Shown: positions 22,900 to 36,399 of the stretch, one piece after another
How the letters are laid out: each line of letters begins with the position of its first letter
Numbering within the stretch: position 1 is the first letter of the stretch
From: Raillietiella orientalis
Lineage: Eukaryota
Direction of reading: 5' to 3'
Length of the DNA: 64,000 nucleotides
NCBI GenBank assembly: GCA_036172245.1
Contig: JAYWIR010000027.1
Coordinates: 1,612,001 to 1,676,000 of the forward strand
Program-made: the position numbers and the translations under genes
The notes under the pieces: model-generated
The model's database searches: none
The model's input: only the letters and a program-made list of their open reading frames with translations
What the model was told of the DNA's origin: nothing

Positions 22900-24900
22900 A
22901 GCCGCACGTGAGCCCGTCCGTCGCGCCTTGCATTTGGGACGCGCGCGCTACCTCCCCCCCTCCCGGTGCGTTCCGCGGTCGTTCACGAAAGGTTGCGCGC
23001 ATCCCCTGGAGGAAGGCCTTCCAGGGGAGCGGGGACACATCAGGGTGAGATCCTGCCGGCCCCTCCCCTCCCCCCTTGCGCGCGGGCTCCGAATGGTGTC
23101 TTCCTTTGCGCCCGCCAAGGGAAAGGGAGGAAGGAAGCGAAGGGCGGAGGGAGTGTCCGGCTAGCCCTCTCCAACGCGACTCCGCTATCCCCTCGGCAGC
23201 CCGGAGGACAGGGAGTACGTCATCGCTGTGAAGCGCCCGAGGAGAGTGGCCACGCTCCCACCGGGCCTCAGCGGCCATACGCGAGCTCCCTTCTCAGGAT
23301 TCCCTCCGAAAGGGTCACCCGCCAGGGGCAGGGTGGGAGGCGGCCGGGACGACTGGCTCCAGAACCATCTAGCGTCATCTCGAAACACTACTTTTCCCCG
23401 CGTTCCCCCTTGCTCATTTTAGCGCTGCGACGGCGACCGCTGCCAAAGAATCTCGCGCACTCCTGGCAACGAGGCGGGGCATCTAGCGTTACGAGGCGCT
23501 GCATCAGCCATTAGTGGAAGCTCCGCAGAGCAGAGATGCTGAGTCAAGGGGGGCATCGGCATCGGGATTTTCCCTTCTGCTGCTTCGCTCCCCTCCCCCT
23601 CCCCTCACTTCTTTTTCTACTCTTCGCATCGCTTTTCCCGGAATGAAAGGAAGCAAAGCTAGAGTTTTCCAGAGGGAGACGATGGCCATGGGAAGAGCAC
23701 CCCTTTTCTGATACTCGTCCTGGACCTGCGCGGTCTCCATCGGACTCTCCAGCGCCGGCTTCTCCGCACCACTCCCCCACATGCTGGGGGGGCTGCGGTC
23801 GTTGTCCAAGACAGCCCCCCCAGCGTTGTCGTTGTCCCTCCCCGTGCGGAATGCTGCGACGCGTCTAGAACTGAGAAGCGGTGCAAAAGTAGCTTCAGGG
23901 CAAGTGTGCACAGACCAGATCTGCGTCAGCATGCATCCCATTCCTTCCCCTCTTTTTCCTTGCCTGACTCGGTACTGGGAATCACTTTTGCCACCGTGAG
24001 GTCCACCCACCCTCTGCCATTTTCCCAGCGGAGTTCCTCCCTTTCGCCTCGGGCCGGGAAGATGTCCGGCCGCTTCCAAAAGTAAATTTCATTCGTTTAT
24101 TTTGAAGGGGCCCAACACGCTCTGGACAGGAAGTTCCGGGCTCCCTGAAGAAGGTCGCCATCCTCTTCCCCGATAGTAGAGCTTCTTTCTGAGTCCTTCC
24201 TCACCCTCGATTCCGTTGCTACCGCGTCGCTGCCAACTCGCCAGAGGGAAAGCGCGAAACTCTTCCTCTTTCCTCTCCTCCTCCCCTTCTCGGCGATCCC
24301 AGGAGTCCTTTGAAGCTGCAGCAACCTGAATAGTGACCCGCCAAAGGGGAGATAGGGTTGCTAGGTCGGTGGCGAGAGGTCTTGTAACTCGTTGGAAGGA
24401 AGAAACTGCTCTGCGCCTGCAGGTGCGGCCGACCTGGGACGACGAGACGTGGTCGGACATTTTGCCCTTAAAACAGCGATGCTGCGCGGTTGGGAGAAGG
24501 TCCGACGACCTCTCCCAGGTCGCCAAAGCGTCCCGATGGCTCCTTCCGCTGGAGCGCTGAAAGGGAAGACGTCTTCACCGACCTAGGAGGAACGTGTTCC
24601 TCCGCTTCTCTTCCACCTTTCCTTTTCAGATGAGCAGCCAGGACGCCGCGCCGGAAGGAAGGGCGCAGACCTCCTCTGTCCGCTGTCCCTTTAAGAAGAC
24701 GCGCGCTTACTGGCAGCCCGCAGCTGCGCCCACCAAGTCATTCAGGATCCCCAGCTCCACCTCTTCCCCGCTGCACCAGACCCTTCAGAGAGCCAGAAGA
24801 CGCGAGCCGCGCGCTGCAAGCTGCAGCGAGCTCGGCCGCCCTGGAACACGAGGCTTGTCCGTGGAGACCAGACACCTGTATCAGGTGGAGGAAAAACGGG
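22900..24900 (-). mobile_element. Decayed Jockey/I/R1-type LINE (gag knuckle, APE, RT), heavily deleted
   Basis: 'HRCFKGKMSDHVS...CRR' (gag), 'GEGMGCML / WSVHTCP / LDNDRSPPSMWGS' (APE), 'AGDPFGG' and 'ALHSDDVL' (RT4, RT5). Confidence 0.5.
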
Positions 24901-24904
24901 GCTG

Positions 24905-25650
24905 CTAGCGTCGAGCGCGTAGCAACCCGCACGGATGAATGCAGCACGTGAGCGCGTCCCGCCCGTACTGGAGACGGTGCGGCACGATCCTCACTCGAGA
25001 GTTCGGGTCCCGAGTGCTCCAGAGCGACGAAATGAAGGAAGCGAACCCTGGCGGCGCCCGCCTTTGGTGCGACGACTGCGCCGCTGAGACGCCCCCTTTG
25101 GGAGGGCACGTGGAGCTCGCGCCCGCCGCCTCTCTCAGCTCCTCGGTCCGCGTCAGGTGGCCTCTTCCTCCCTCCTTCTTGCCCGGGAGGACGCGCTCGC
25201 AAGGCGTCCGGCCGCCGGCGCGCAATGCGCACGGCCGCGCACGACGCGGCGAAGCTCTCGCGCATGTTGCAGCCGCCCATCCGAGAAGTTGGAGAAGGAG
25301 CGCCGCCGCAGAAATTTGGGTTCCCGTGGATCGTGGGCTTGGGGAAGGGAGTCCGAAGGGACGGGCCTCCGCGCCTGGAAGTCACCCTTCCCTCAGAGGT
25401 GGCCGGTGCGCGCAGCTGACCGAAGGGTTCGTCCCTCCCCTCCAGCATCCGAGAGGGAGGTCCTTCGTCCACATGGTGGACGCATTAGGTCGCGCGGTCC
25501 GTGGACCTTGGTGCCACATGACCTGCAGCGTAGCAGCGGACTTTTAGTGGGTCGAGATGAACCGGCTTCCGCTGAGCCCTTCATCTCCGGGACTCTGGCC
25601 CGATGTCCTGAGGGTCTGACTCCCAAAGGGCGCGACATAAATAAAGGGGG
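24905..25650 (-). mobile_element. Decayed non-LTR RT fragment (domains 0-4)
   Basis: 'SPGDEGL', 'LPLGCWR', 'ARPFGL', 'RVLPG', 'PPGFASFISSLW'. Confidence 0.4.
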
Positions 25651-26399
25651 GAGATTCTGAGCAGGGCACACACGAGCTCACCAAGGAAACGGAGGTCTTC
25701 GAAGAGGCTGCTTCCAGAGAAAAGACCGGACGCTCTCGGACACTCCCTCGGCTGAAGCGCCGACCCTGAGAAGCAGGTCATCTGAGAGAACTGGAAGCTG
25801 GAGAGAGGTAGGCAGAACTGGAAGCCGGGCGGCGCGACTTCTCCTCCGGCTCCGACTCCGGCTGGAGTCCCGCTGCGGGAAGCGTAGGGTCTGGACAACC
25901 CACGAGGGCGGCAGGGTCTCCCGGAGGAGCGAGAAAGGGTCAGAGGGGACCGCACTCTGGCGCTGCGGTCGCTCTGGCTACGGACGCCCGCGGAGGAGTC
26001 CCTGCAGCTTCCTGCAGTGCCCAGCACGCGCCGCCCGCTTCCCGCCATCCGCTCCATTAATGGGCGCTTCTGCACTTGCCGGTGTTTTCGTGGCAATTAC
26101 ATCCCCAGACTCTCCCCTTCCGGGGCTCGTCAGTAGGCGTGCCGCGGCGGCGCTTCGCAAGTGGCTCCGGAGGGCATCTGCGTGCGAGGTCCCGCACAGA
26201 TGCTGCATCTCCCATCGCCGGTTCTGCGGATCGTTTCCGCCGCTTTTTCATTTTATTTTTCTTTCCCCTTCTCGTTCCACCAGGGGGCGCGTGGGCGCGC
26301 CGAAGGGGGAAGGGGGGGGAGGGAAGGCGCGCCTCTTCCCGCGACCCCTCGCGAACGGCGGCGTTTGGAGCTGAGTGACTCGGTCCATCTGCCCATGCC

Positions 26400-26810
26400 C
26401 GGTCAGGGCGCTCCCTGGAGGGGACAGCCGTCGCTTGCGCGCGCGAGAAACTCCGGGACTCGGGCCTGCAGCTGGGTCGCCTCGGGCCGTTCAGTCGGTC
26501 GACTGACTGCTTGGCTTGGCCACTCGAATGGGTGGGAACTTCTCCCGTCGATCCTCCACCTTGCTGGTCCTGCTCCGAGGTGAGCGAACGAGACCCGAGT
26601 GGTCAGTGTCGTCCCCACAAGGGCGGTCGGCGACCGCCGACCGGATGCGTCCTCGGCATCTCCTCAGGTTGGCGCCTGTAGTGCCAGGAGAGCGCCGTCT
26701 CCTTCTTAGGCCGGACGACGGCTCCAGGTGCCGCCCACCTTGAGTCGAGCGCTCGGCAGACACACTGAAGATGGGGGTATTGGATCTCGACTGGCCAGAA
26801 TGGGAGTGCA
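26400..26810 (-). mobile_element. Decayed RT fragment (domains 4-5)
   Basis: 'STQGGRHLEPS' and 'PCGDDT' in ORF 26491..26811. Confidence 0.3.
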
Positions 26811-27099
26811 AGGGACTCTAACGGAGGTCCTCAGCTGGCCGGATGGACGTCCCCACCGGTTCGCGGCGGGGCAGAAGGCGAAATGAAACGTCCAGGAGCT
26901 GGTGCTCCATCTTCGTCCTTCCCTCCTCCTCCTTTCTTCTCTTCCTCGTTTCCTCCTTCCTCTTCCTCTCTTCGCCTGCTCTTCCTACCCCCTTCCTCTT
27001 CGTTTGCTTCCTCCTTCCTTCCCCTTCATGATCAACACCATCAATCATCCCTTGATAGCTGGCGCTCGCCGGAGCGGTAGGGAAAAGAGGGCCACATCC

Positions 27100-28150
27100 T
27101 GTAGAGCGCGTGATGAGAGGCCTCGGGGTCGGAATGACCTCGACCTATTAGCGGCGTCTTCTGCGGGCTAGGAGTCTCGATTCCCTAGCACTGAAGCTCG
27201 AGCCGTAGGGACTGCGAGCATTCTGGAGGCGGCGCTGCGGGTTCGACCGGACGGATTACGGCGCACTCGCCGGATCACAAAGGAGATGTTCCCGGTTGCC
27301 ATGGTCTCGGATCCTCCGAGTGAGAGAGAGATGCGACTGGACCTCGGAGATGAATGGCATTCGAGAGTCGGCGTGCTCACGTCGGGGTGCCTCAGCTGCC
27401 CTCTAGGAAGGTGCCGGAGCGGCGGGGGATAGGAGGAAGGGCTTGTGTTCGCGGGACTCATCCGAAGCTGCGCCTGTTAGCGGGTGGGGGAGTCAGATAC
27501 TCCAGTGGGATCCCCGAGTTCCGATGGTGCTGAGGGGGACCGGTGGGTCATGACCCAGTCTGCCTAGCATCTCCCAGAGTCGCTGCGTTCGCGTCGGCGG
27601 TCTCCAAGAAGCCGCTCTGGAAGCCGACCACGGGAACTCCCATGCTTGCTCCTCGAGTGAAGCGGTGGCGCAAACACCTCGAGCACCATCGGTATCTGCT
27701 CCGCCCTTCCCTCTCTCGCTGAGGACCAGACGGAGGATACTCAAGAAGGCATCACCCGGCGCCTTTCTTGGCAGCGCCAGGTCTTCCGACGCGCGGGCAT
27801 GCCTGGCGGTGGCACCTGGCTGGTAGACGAGGAGGGTGCGTGGCGTTTAGGAGCGCCTCCTCGGACGTGACCAATGGACTGCACTGAATCTGCGAAGGCG
27901 GAGCCTCCTCCACTCCCACCCTCTCCCGTACCCCTAATCTTGACCCCGGACTGGAGAAGAGTCTGTGGCTGCCCCTCCTCCCCGAGCAGCGACTTCTCCT
28001 TCGCTCCAGTACGACAGCCTGTCGTGGAGGACGGCAGGGTCCTCGGGAGGGTGCCCTATTTCCCGTGGGCTCGGGAAGGCGTCCGAGGAAGGTCCTCGCG
28101 GGCTGCGCAACCACCTCCCGCCTCCAGCCTGGCGGACACCACCTGACTAA
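27100..28150 (+). mobile_element. Decayed CRE-like thumb and RLE fragment
   Basis: 'QLPSRK', 'DHGNSHAC' (D..G.HA..C), 'SSDVT', 'FSFAPV...EDG'. Confidence 0.4.
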
Positions 28151-31100
28151 CTGCCCTGACAACGCGGCCTCTCTTCCCACCGACTCCAAGAGTTTGAAAC
28201 GACCGCCCTGAGGGACGACGGCCTTTCCGACATAAGTGCAGAAGCACCACCCTCAGTCGCGGGGCGCCACGCCACGTCTTTGCCGACTCTCCCGCGTTTC
28301 GGCGCCCGGCGTGCTCCGCGGCGGTGGGCGGGCGCAGAGTAAAGTCCCGCCTGACCGACGGCCCCACTCGGCCGTCCAGAGGAGACGATGGCTCGCGAGC
28401 GAGAGTGGGAACGGATGCGGATCGGAGAGGAAAACGCTGCCACGCAACGAATTTCGGGGAGGAGAGAAGGAGGGAGGGGGACGTACGGTTGCCACGCACG
28501 ACGGTGCGTGCCGCGTCGGGCGGACGCTTCCCGGGACGCTCGGTCGCCCACCGCGCCACTGAGGCGCCCCCCAGAGTCGGAGAGCCGGAAGGGGGCGACC
28601 CCTCGCGTGACCCACGAGAACGGGGGGAGAAAAGGGGGTGAGAATCGCAGAAGGGGCCATGAAAACAGAAGCAGAAGGGCAGAGGAGGTTTCTCCCCCCG
28701 GAGGACACCCCACGCGTGACCTAGCGGAACCAATTCCGTCGGACTGTCCTCCTTCGCCCCGGGTGGGCGATAGGACCTCGGACGCAGGATCAGTGGGAGG
28801 GGCTCCCGGAGAAATCGGCGGGAGAGGCGGGAATCGTCGCGAGCGCGGGAGCCGCTGGTCGAGCGATGACAAGGGAGGATTGGCGCCCATTCTGTGTTCT
28901 GGTGCGCGTCCGAGACAGCCGTGGCGCAGATGCAACCGTTCGTGCGTCTCCATCTTCCTCACTTTGCTCCCTCCCCCGCACCGTCTGCGGGGACCCCGTC
29001 GCCAAGGAGACCATTCCCCGCAGTCTGAGCGATGAGACCACTGTCCAGGAGGAATCAACGCTGGGTAGGCGACGCGCGCTAGGCGGGAGGAAGGCTAGGG
29101 GAGAGGGGTGAGGGTTCGCGCGTTTCCAGCGGGCGTTCCCCCCCCCTCCCCCCCCAGCGAGCACAGTGAGTCGAAGCGCGCAGGAAAAGGCGTCGTTCCC
29201 GCGGGACGGCGTCCTGGAGCGACCGCTTGGCGCCACCCCGTCGGGTGTGCACTCACGCACGTCCCTACCCCGCGTGTACAGTGGGCACCGCAGCGTCGAG
29301 TTGTATACGCGAGGAACGTATGCGAAGCGCACGTGCGTTGCCACAGCTGTTGCCACGCAACGGCAGGCGCCTCGCGCGTGCCGTGTATGCTCGCGCGAAA
29401 GCTCGGGGTGCACCTGAAGAGTGCAAGTGCGTGGCGCCGCGCTTTTGCGCGCGCACCGGAGCATGAGCGCAGAGCACCGTCTCGTCTCCTCCCCTCCTTC
29501 CGTGCCCTCCCCCCGGTGCGAAACGCGCGCACGCGCGAGTTTGGTCGCCCGGGCCGGCAGGGTCCGGTGAGCGGGGAGGCGGCGGCAGCGGCGCGCGACC
29601 TTGAAAGCAGCGCGCGCAGCGGCGTCAGGGAGGGACGAGATAAAAAATAAAATAAAATGAAATAAAAAGAGGAGGAGGAAAAAAAGCAGCTCTCGTGCGC
29701 GGTTGCTGAGAAACGAACCCCCGGGCGCGGAACGGATGTTTACGGGACCTCGCGCGCCCGCGTCGGATTGCTCTCCCCCCCGAAGCGACTCCTTTGCGGC
29801 TGACTGAGGAGCGCTCTCGCCGCCGAGGGCGGTTCGCCCGATCCGGGGGAGCGGGAAACACCCCCGGCCGAAAATGCCTGAGCGGCGACGGGCGGTGCGC
29901 AACGAGGCGAAGGTTCCCCGGGGTGAAGCGAAGGGGACACAGTCTCCAGCGCGCGCGCGCGCGCGCGCACGCATCTCATCCGCACATCATCCCGTTTCGC
30001 GAGGACCACGTGGTCGTCGTCGCGAAAAATGCAGATCCCGCCCCGGCACAGCTTCTCGGGCTGCTCTCGAGGTGGCGGGGGAGACGGGGGACGGCATCGG
30101 AGAGAAGTCTGCTCGGTCGCTATAAATACAGCGGAAATGAGGTCACGTCCAATGCCACAGGACGCGCGACTCACGTCCCAGCTCGACGAAGTTCCTCCCC
30201 GGATGTAAATCAGCAGGCGCGCGCACGCGCATTCCGAGGCGCGAGGCTTCCTTCTCTCCTTCCTTCCTCCCGTTCGATGGAGTCGCCTGTCCGGCTCGCG
30301 AGGAAAGTGAAAGGTGAAAAGCGCGGCGGCGGACCGAAAGAGCGGGGCGAGGGAAGAGGAGGAGGACTTTCTCGCCTGAGGTCTCGCGCGAACATTCTTC
30401 GCCCTGCCCCTTCCTGGTCAGCTGTTGCAAAGGGTTTCCGGTCGCACCCCGTGAGTCGCTTAGGGCAGGAGCGGCGAAGGGGTGTCCCAGAGGAAGCTTG
30501 GCGGAGAGCACGCGCGTGACACTACTTCCGTTGGCGTGGAAACGATTGTTGGAAGCGCCGTCTATTTATAGCCGGCCGCTTGCGAGCGTGCATGGCAGCG
30601 CTAGAGGGCGCAGTTTTCTCTGCAGGCGCGAGCGCCCCCCTTTCCCTTTCCATTGTCTCCATAGTCCGCTGAGGTGAGACCCAGGGGCCGTGCGGATCAC
30701 GGGGTTTCGCGCCCCCTGCTCGGGTGGGTCGAGACGCGTGCGCGAAGGAGCGAACCTCTGGCATGCGGGAACGCGCCAGCAGCGACCGGACGATTATCGT
30801 CTCGTGACGATTGGGGCGAGCACGGAACGTGCACGCAGAGGGCACACCCGGACGCCTCACGAGCTGTCGCGTTCACTCGAGCTCGCCGTGTGCTCTCAAG
30901 TGGGTCCGTGGGGCAGAGAAGGGGGATGTGACACAAAAGGGCCGCCGACGCTGCTTACGTCACCGGCTCCAGAGTCAGCGAGTCTTTCCCCTAGGACCGA
31001 GCGGAAATCCTCCGGACCTGTTGCCTCTTGTGCTCTGGGACGTGGCGGCCGCGCGCTCGTTCAAGGCCATCGTCGGCCTGGGTCCACGCTGGAATCCGAA

Positions 31101-31869
31101 AGTCGCGCGGAACGCCGCAGCTCCTGCGCCCACCGGAGCGCGGATCCGCCGACATCACGCGAACTTCCTGCCGCCACGGCCCAAACACACGCAGGAAGGG
31201 TTCCTTCCTCTCTGGATTCCCTCGCGCCCTCCCCTCCGCCCTCCTGGAACCGTCGACTGCTCCCCCAGAAGCCCTTTGCGAGTCGGTGGACTGCGAACTT
31301 GACATTTCGTTCCGCCTTCTTCCTCTTTTCTTCCTTCCCTCCCTCCCCCCTCCCCTCCCCTCTTCCGCCCTCCTCTTTCATTCCGGACGGTCATTTTTCT
31401 GGATGCCCGGACATCCGCCAGCATCCCAGGAACGGCAAAGCGGCGGAACAAGTGAGGACCAAACGCGCGTAACATTTCACGCTGCGTTTCCCTTCACGGG
31501 ATGGATGGCGGCGTTTCCCCCGGCCGTATGCCAGTCTGAACGGAACCTCCTCCTGGCGGCTGTGGTCAGGGGGCCCCGTTCTGCCCTCCTGACCTTTTCC
31601 CCCGGAGGCGAGACCCGAGGGCGATTCCGCGGTTGTGGCTCTTAGGGAGGATCCTGTGACGGTAGCGACCCAGGCGGTCGGAATGGGAGCGGAGGACGGG
31701 CACCAGCACCCATATTCCCCTCCCCCTCCCCCCCTTCCCCGGAGATGGCGGGGTTTCGAACTCCGGCCTGCGCCATCCTCGGCGACGTCTTCTCGAGGGA
31801 ACGTCTCTTTTCTCTTCTGCCCCAACTTGCTGCCCCGACTCTCCCAACGAGTGACGTCAGTCAGTGGTT

Positions 31870-32200
31870 ACCGACCAAGGGGACCGAGCTCGCGTCGCAG
31901 GGACACGCCAACTCGCCGACGGCGGTCCACCTCCACTTGGATGACCTTCCCGGGCTTGTCGCCGGTCCTTCGCCGCCACTCGGAGGAGCGGCTGTAGAGG
32001 AGCTGGGGTGCCTCGCTGTTCATGAGCCAGGGCTCGAGGACTGAGGGAAGCCGCCCCCGGACGCCCCCCAGGAGCTGGAGACTGGGAGACTCCGGACCCG
32101 GAAGCGGTCAGGCGATCCCCGTCTCAGGAAGAGCAGGGGGCGTGGACCCCGGGCAGCCTTTCACAGCCTTCGAGCGAAGGGCGGCTCATGATCCAAAGAG
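31870..32200 (-). pseudogene. Possible S1 RNA-binding-domain gene relic
   Basis: 'TGDKPGKVIQVEVDRRRRVGVSLR' resembles the S1 C-terminal strands; the N-terminal half is frameshifted. Confidence 0.3.
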
Positions 32201-32399
32201 AGAAGTTCTCCTCGCCGGAAGATGACCCTCGTGACACTTGCTCATCGCAAAACTGGAGTTTGTTTCAAATAAATGTCTCCCTCCCCCCATTGAATGAGGT
32301 CATGCAGGGTGGTTTGCTTGCTATGAGTAAGCAAACGTGCATCGTACGGTCTGGATTCCTCCTGGAATCCTAAACTATTAGAGTGGGTCCCCCCTGGAC

Positions 32400-33900
32400 G
32401 TTAGGTGACTCTCGGCGCCACCTCACAGAGCCCCGTTTGCGGCACGAAGACCCACTTTTGGGAGAAGGGCTGGTGGGCAGGAGAAAGGGGTGGGAAGCGA
32501 TGCAGTGCGGGTGTATCTGGGCCGCGCAGCACCCATGGGGATCGAAGAGCGCAGCCGAGGAAACGCACGACCTCCGAGGAGACTCCGTCGTCACCCTGGT
32601 GACGGTGGGGTTGCGCCGCCTCGTGGGTGCTTCGAAGGTTGGAAAGAGAGTAAGAGGGCAGCCGCCCCAAGAGAGCCCAAAACTGGGCATGCACGGCTGA
32701 GACGGCTCTCCTGTGGTCTCTGCGCCTTGTCGAGCGGAGAGCGCCTCGAAAGGGCCTGTCCCCTGGACTCTCACCCTCTCTTGACCGCCCGCACTCTTGC
32801 GCAGGACTCGTAAGCGAGGGCACTGGTCCGAACCGTCTCCCGGCCGGCAGCGTCCGGAAGCGCTCGGAATGGCAGGAAGGCCGTCTCGTCCACCTCCCAC
32901 CACCCACCCCCGACCCGGATCTCGAAGGGGTCACCGCGAACTGCCGTCTCCATCACGACGGGCGGTGGCGACCGCTGGAGCTCAGCTGTGTGACCTTCGG
33001 CACCGGACCGGAGAGAACGCCACCGCACGGGCGCCTCTGGAGGAGGAGGCGCGAAAGGCTCATCTCTTCCCACCCCATTCCTCTGGAGCAGCTTCCCCGA
33101 CCTCCTGCCTCGCCACGCCACTCCGAGGAGCGGAGGCGCTGCCGTCCGTATGGCCTGGGGTCACATCTTCCGCTCTTCCTTCCTGAGACCGCCTCGCATG
33201 CGAGCCGCCGAAGGAGCGGAAGGGGGGAGGAGGGATCCTTCGGCGTGACCTCGGAGCCGCCGCCGCCGCTGCCACTCGCCTCCTCGAAGACCAGTGCCCC
33301 GTCTACGGCCCTTTTCCGAGTATCGGTGGCGCTGCAGCTTCGTCGGCCCCTGTGAGATCGACGCCTCTGAGCCGCTGCACATCGGGGCGCGAGTGGCTCA
33401 GCGGCAACAGCGCGGCATCACCATCCATCCACGACGGCCCGGGCAGAGCCCTCCCTGCCGATCACCTGGTGGAGAAGGGGAAGAGGAAGTCTGGCATGCC
33501 CCACATCCTCAGTTCCCGGACATGGGGCGTGCCAGCCTCCCTCTCCTTTCCCTCCGGAGCAGAGGGGCGCTCCATCTTCGCCGCCGCAATGCTGGCAGTG
33601 ACCCAGATCCTTGGTCAACCTGGACGAACAGCGAGGATGCCCCTCGTTAAAGCCATCGGAGGGGAAAGAGAACCTCCGTTGACCGCGAGGCCGACAGAGG
33701 TCGCCGGTTTGTCGTCTTGCCCGGCAGTGGCTTAGCCTGGTGGGAATTTCGCCCACCAGCCTCGTCCCCACTGGCTGACGCACGGAATTCCACCGCACAC
33801 GGGGCCACTGAACACAGCGAGGGCGCGATTGCAATCCACAAGAGGGCAAAGGTCCACGCCGGATGCCCTCGGAGCCCCGAGGATGGTCGACGGGGGAGGG
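32400..33900 (-). mobile_element. Decayed APE plus RT0 LINE fragment
   Basis: 'SDGFNEGHP' (GDFN..HP), 'QGDDGVSSEVVRFL' (G.DG..E), 'WVFVPQTG'. Confidence 0.4.
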
Positions 33901-34243
33901 ACTCACCAGGCACCATCTGTCGCCGTCCCGGAAGCGGAGACAAGACCCGCGCGAGTGCCGAGGTCCCGTGGCGCCACACCCGCGATGGGGTGTGAACGGG
34001 ATCTGTCCACGGGCGGGAGCAGGGAATCAGGGGAGCGGAGCGGCCCCGCCAAGACGTCCCGTATCGCCCGGTAGGGGAGGGAGGAAACCCTCGGAGGCGC
34101 CGGAGCCCAGAGCGCCAGCGGAGCATGCAGGCTGGAACCAGGACAGCAGACGTCGGTCCAAAGAGATCCTCACAGGGGTCAGCCGACCTCAGCGCCCCGG
34201 TTCGCGTGCGCGGATCCCGTCCGGAGGACGGGGAGCCAGGGAG

Positions 34244-35082
34244 CGGCCACTCGCCCTCCTGCCGTCCTCCACATGTCAGCACGAGGAGGAACTTCCGGTC
34301 TGCGCACGACCCAGGGGCCGCCGTCCGACCTCCTCCTTTTGTAAGAGGCGCTTCCGGAACCGTCGGCCCGGTCACCCGGTGCGGGGTCGCACGCGCTCGC
34401 GAGCCGCCTCAGCAGAAGATGCCGCGGCGTGCGGCGTGTCGGGGGCGTCTGCCGGGACGCACCATCCCAGCGACAGGCGCCTTCGGCACGGGAGTGTCCC
34501 TCGAGCGGAAGGAGACGGCCCAGGCGGAAGCGTCCTGTCGTCCCGCGACGCGCCTCCGCCTTTGCCCGGTCGGGGTCGTGCCGCTGCCGCGCGCTGAGGG
34601 GGAGGCATCGCCCGGAAGCGCACCGGCGGCAGCGTTCCCGGAGGAGAGGAGGAGGCGTCGCGCGCTCCCTCCCCACGCCCTCAGCCGGAAGCCCGGCAAA
34701 GGCCCGCCCGCGCGCGCGCGATCGCGGCGGACTCTTTGTGGTCCCGCGTTCCCCTCCCGCGTATGCGGCGGCGGCGCCCAGCGTCCGACGCGGAAGGAAC
34801 AACCCCCCGGACGCACCGGCTGAGGCCGAACGTTCTCCGAACGGGTGTGCACACCCCCACGCGGTTGGTAACACAGAGGGACGGTGCGCATGCGCCGTGA
34901 GTCAAGAGGGCGGACTTGTCGGCTCGACGGCCAGCGGAAGGACGCAGGTTCGAATGCCTGTTGGGAGCCGTTGGCTCCCTCCTCAGCGCGTCCGGAGGAT
35001 GTCCCGGACGTTAAGAGCTCGTCGTGGGGACAGTAGCCCCCGGAGACGGAGAGGACCGAAGCTGGACGGACGTCGAGGAAAA
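34244..35082 (+). repeat. Block 1, copy 2 (family A; lacks the terminal ~55 bp and A-tail)
   Basis: Matches 407-1245; diverged homology continues upstream to ~34175. Confidence 0.97.
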
Positions 35083-35099
35083 TCCTCCTGCTTTGTTTC

Positions 35100-35900
35100 T
35101 TTCTCTATTTTCGAAGAATAGAATTTCATAGAAGGAAAGCGGGAACGCGTCCGATGATTCCCAAAAAGAGGCGCCGTTCTGAGAGCGCCTCCTGTCGGGA
35201 AATCTCAAGGAGGAAAACAGGGAATCCTGCAGGGTGAGATTTTCGCTCCCGGGAAGGCTTCCGGTTTCCCGTTGGCGCTGTCTCCGGGATCATCCAGGGC
35301 TTTCGAACTCCTCGACTGCTCCGTGGTTTCTCCGAGTCAGCGAACCCCTTGGAACGGTGCCACCTCTGGCTCATTAGCGAGCCCGTGCCACGGCTTGGGT
35401 CACGTCAATCACGCAGTCAGAGTTGTAGGGCTCTTGGCAGAGAGATGGCGACTTCCCGGAGGAGACCACGCGGTCTGAAGGGCGTCTGAAAGCGCCGATG
35501 CCCACCACCACCACCACCGGCACGACCTCGTTCCAGACTCCTTTGAATCCCGCCGGGAGGAAGAGGCTCGAGAGAAACTGTTCACTGGGAGCATGGCAAG
35601 CGAAGGTCACTTCGAGAGAATGCCCTAGGGCTGGTTTCTGGTCGAGACGCTCTCTCAGAAGGCTGGATAACGTCCAGGGGGATAGAGGAAGGTGGACTTC
35701 GGAACTGAAGGCTTACTCTCCTCGTCGTTCCCGGTCCTTAGCGACTGGGCGCCGACTGTGGCCTCCGTGCTCGGCTGCTTCGCCCTTTCGTCGGCAAATG
35801 GCGCCGTTCCTCGCCATTCTTGGGACTCCGCACGGGAGCGGCAGCTGGAACACGGCATTCCGCGAATCGCGTCTGCAAGTGCCCTCGCATAAGAACGGAT
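35100..35900 (-). mobile_element. Decayed CRE-like CCHC plus RLE fragment
   Basis: 'ICRRKGEAAEHGGH', 'RRPSDRVV...VIDVT', 'GFPVFLLE'. Confidence 0.4.
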
Positions 35901-36399
35901 CGCTCCTCACGAAAACAAGGAGAGTAGCAGTTCCAGGTCTCGGAAGCTGGCAGCCCTCCGAGAAGACGACAGTGGCTTCTCGTGTGTTGTTTCTTCTTCT
36001 TTCGTTCCCTCCCATCCCTTGGTCAAAAAGTCTGTCGTGGTCCCACCTTTCCCGCTCCGTTCCTTCCTCGGCGGGCTCCACATGCCGCAGGCGAGGAGGC
36101 GGGAAAGCTGCACCGCGGGTTACGAACACGGCGTGCGCCACAAAAAAGGAAAACCCACACGCGCGCGCGCACCTCCGCGCTGCTCCCATCACGTGCGATC
36201 TCTCCTTCTCCTACCCCCCCTTCCGCTGTCTTCGCCACCTTCCGGCTTCGTGGAGCGCCTCCGCAAGATCGACCGCCACACCTGATGTTTCAGTGATCTG
36301 GCGAAGACACACGCGAGCGCGCTGGCGGGACGACGGCCTTTTTTTTTCCTCTTCTCCTCCTTTCTGGCTGTTTCTCCCTCTTCAGGAAGCGCCGTCGCC

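Noticed and set aside
407..35082. Blocks 1 or 2 as LTRs of a giant element
   Set aside because: No TG...CA ends, PBS/PPT or TSD. Ends fade into diverged homology, and the interior is unrelated LINE debris.
35272..35478. Papain-like 'NHAVRVVG' motif on plus
   Set aside because: No QCGSCW or NSWG motifs. The opposite strand gives an ordered CCHC / RP.D / IDVT endonuclease series that explains the region better.
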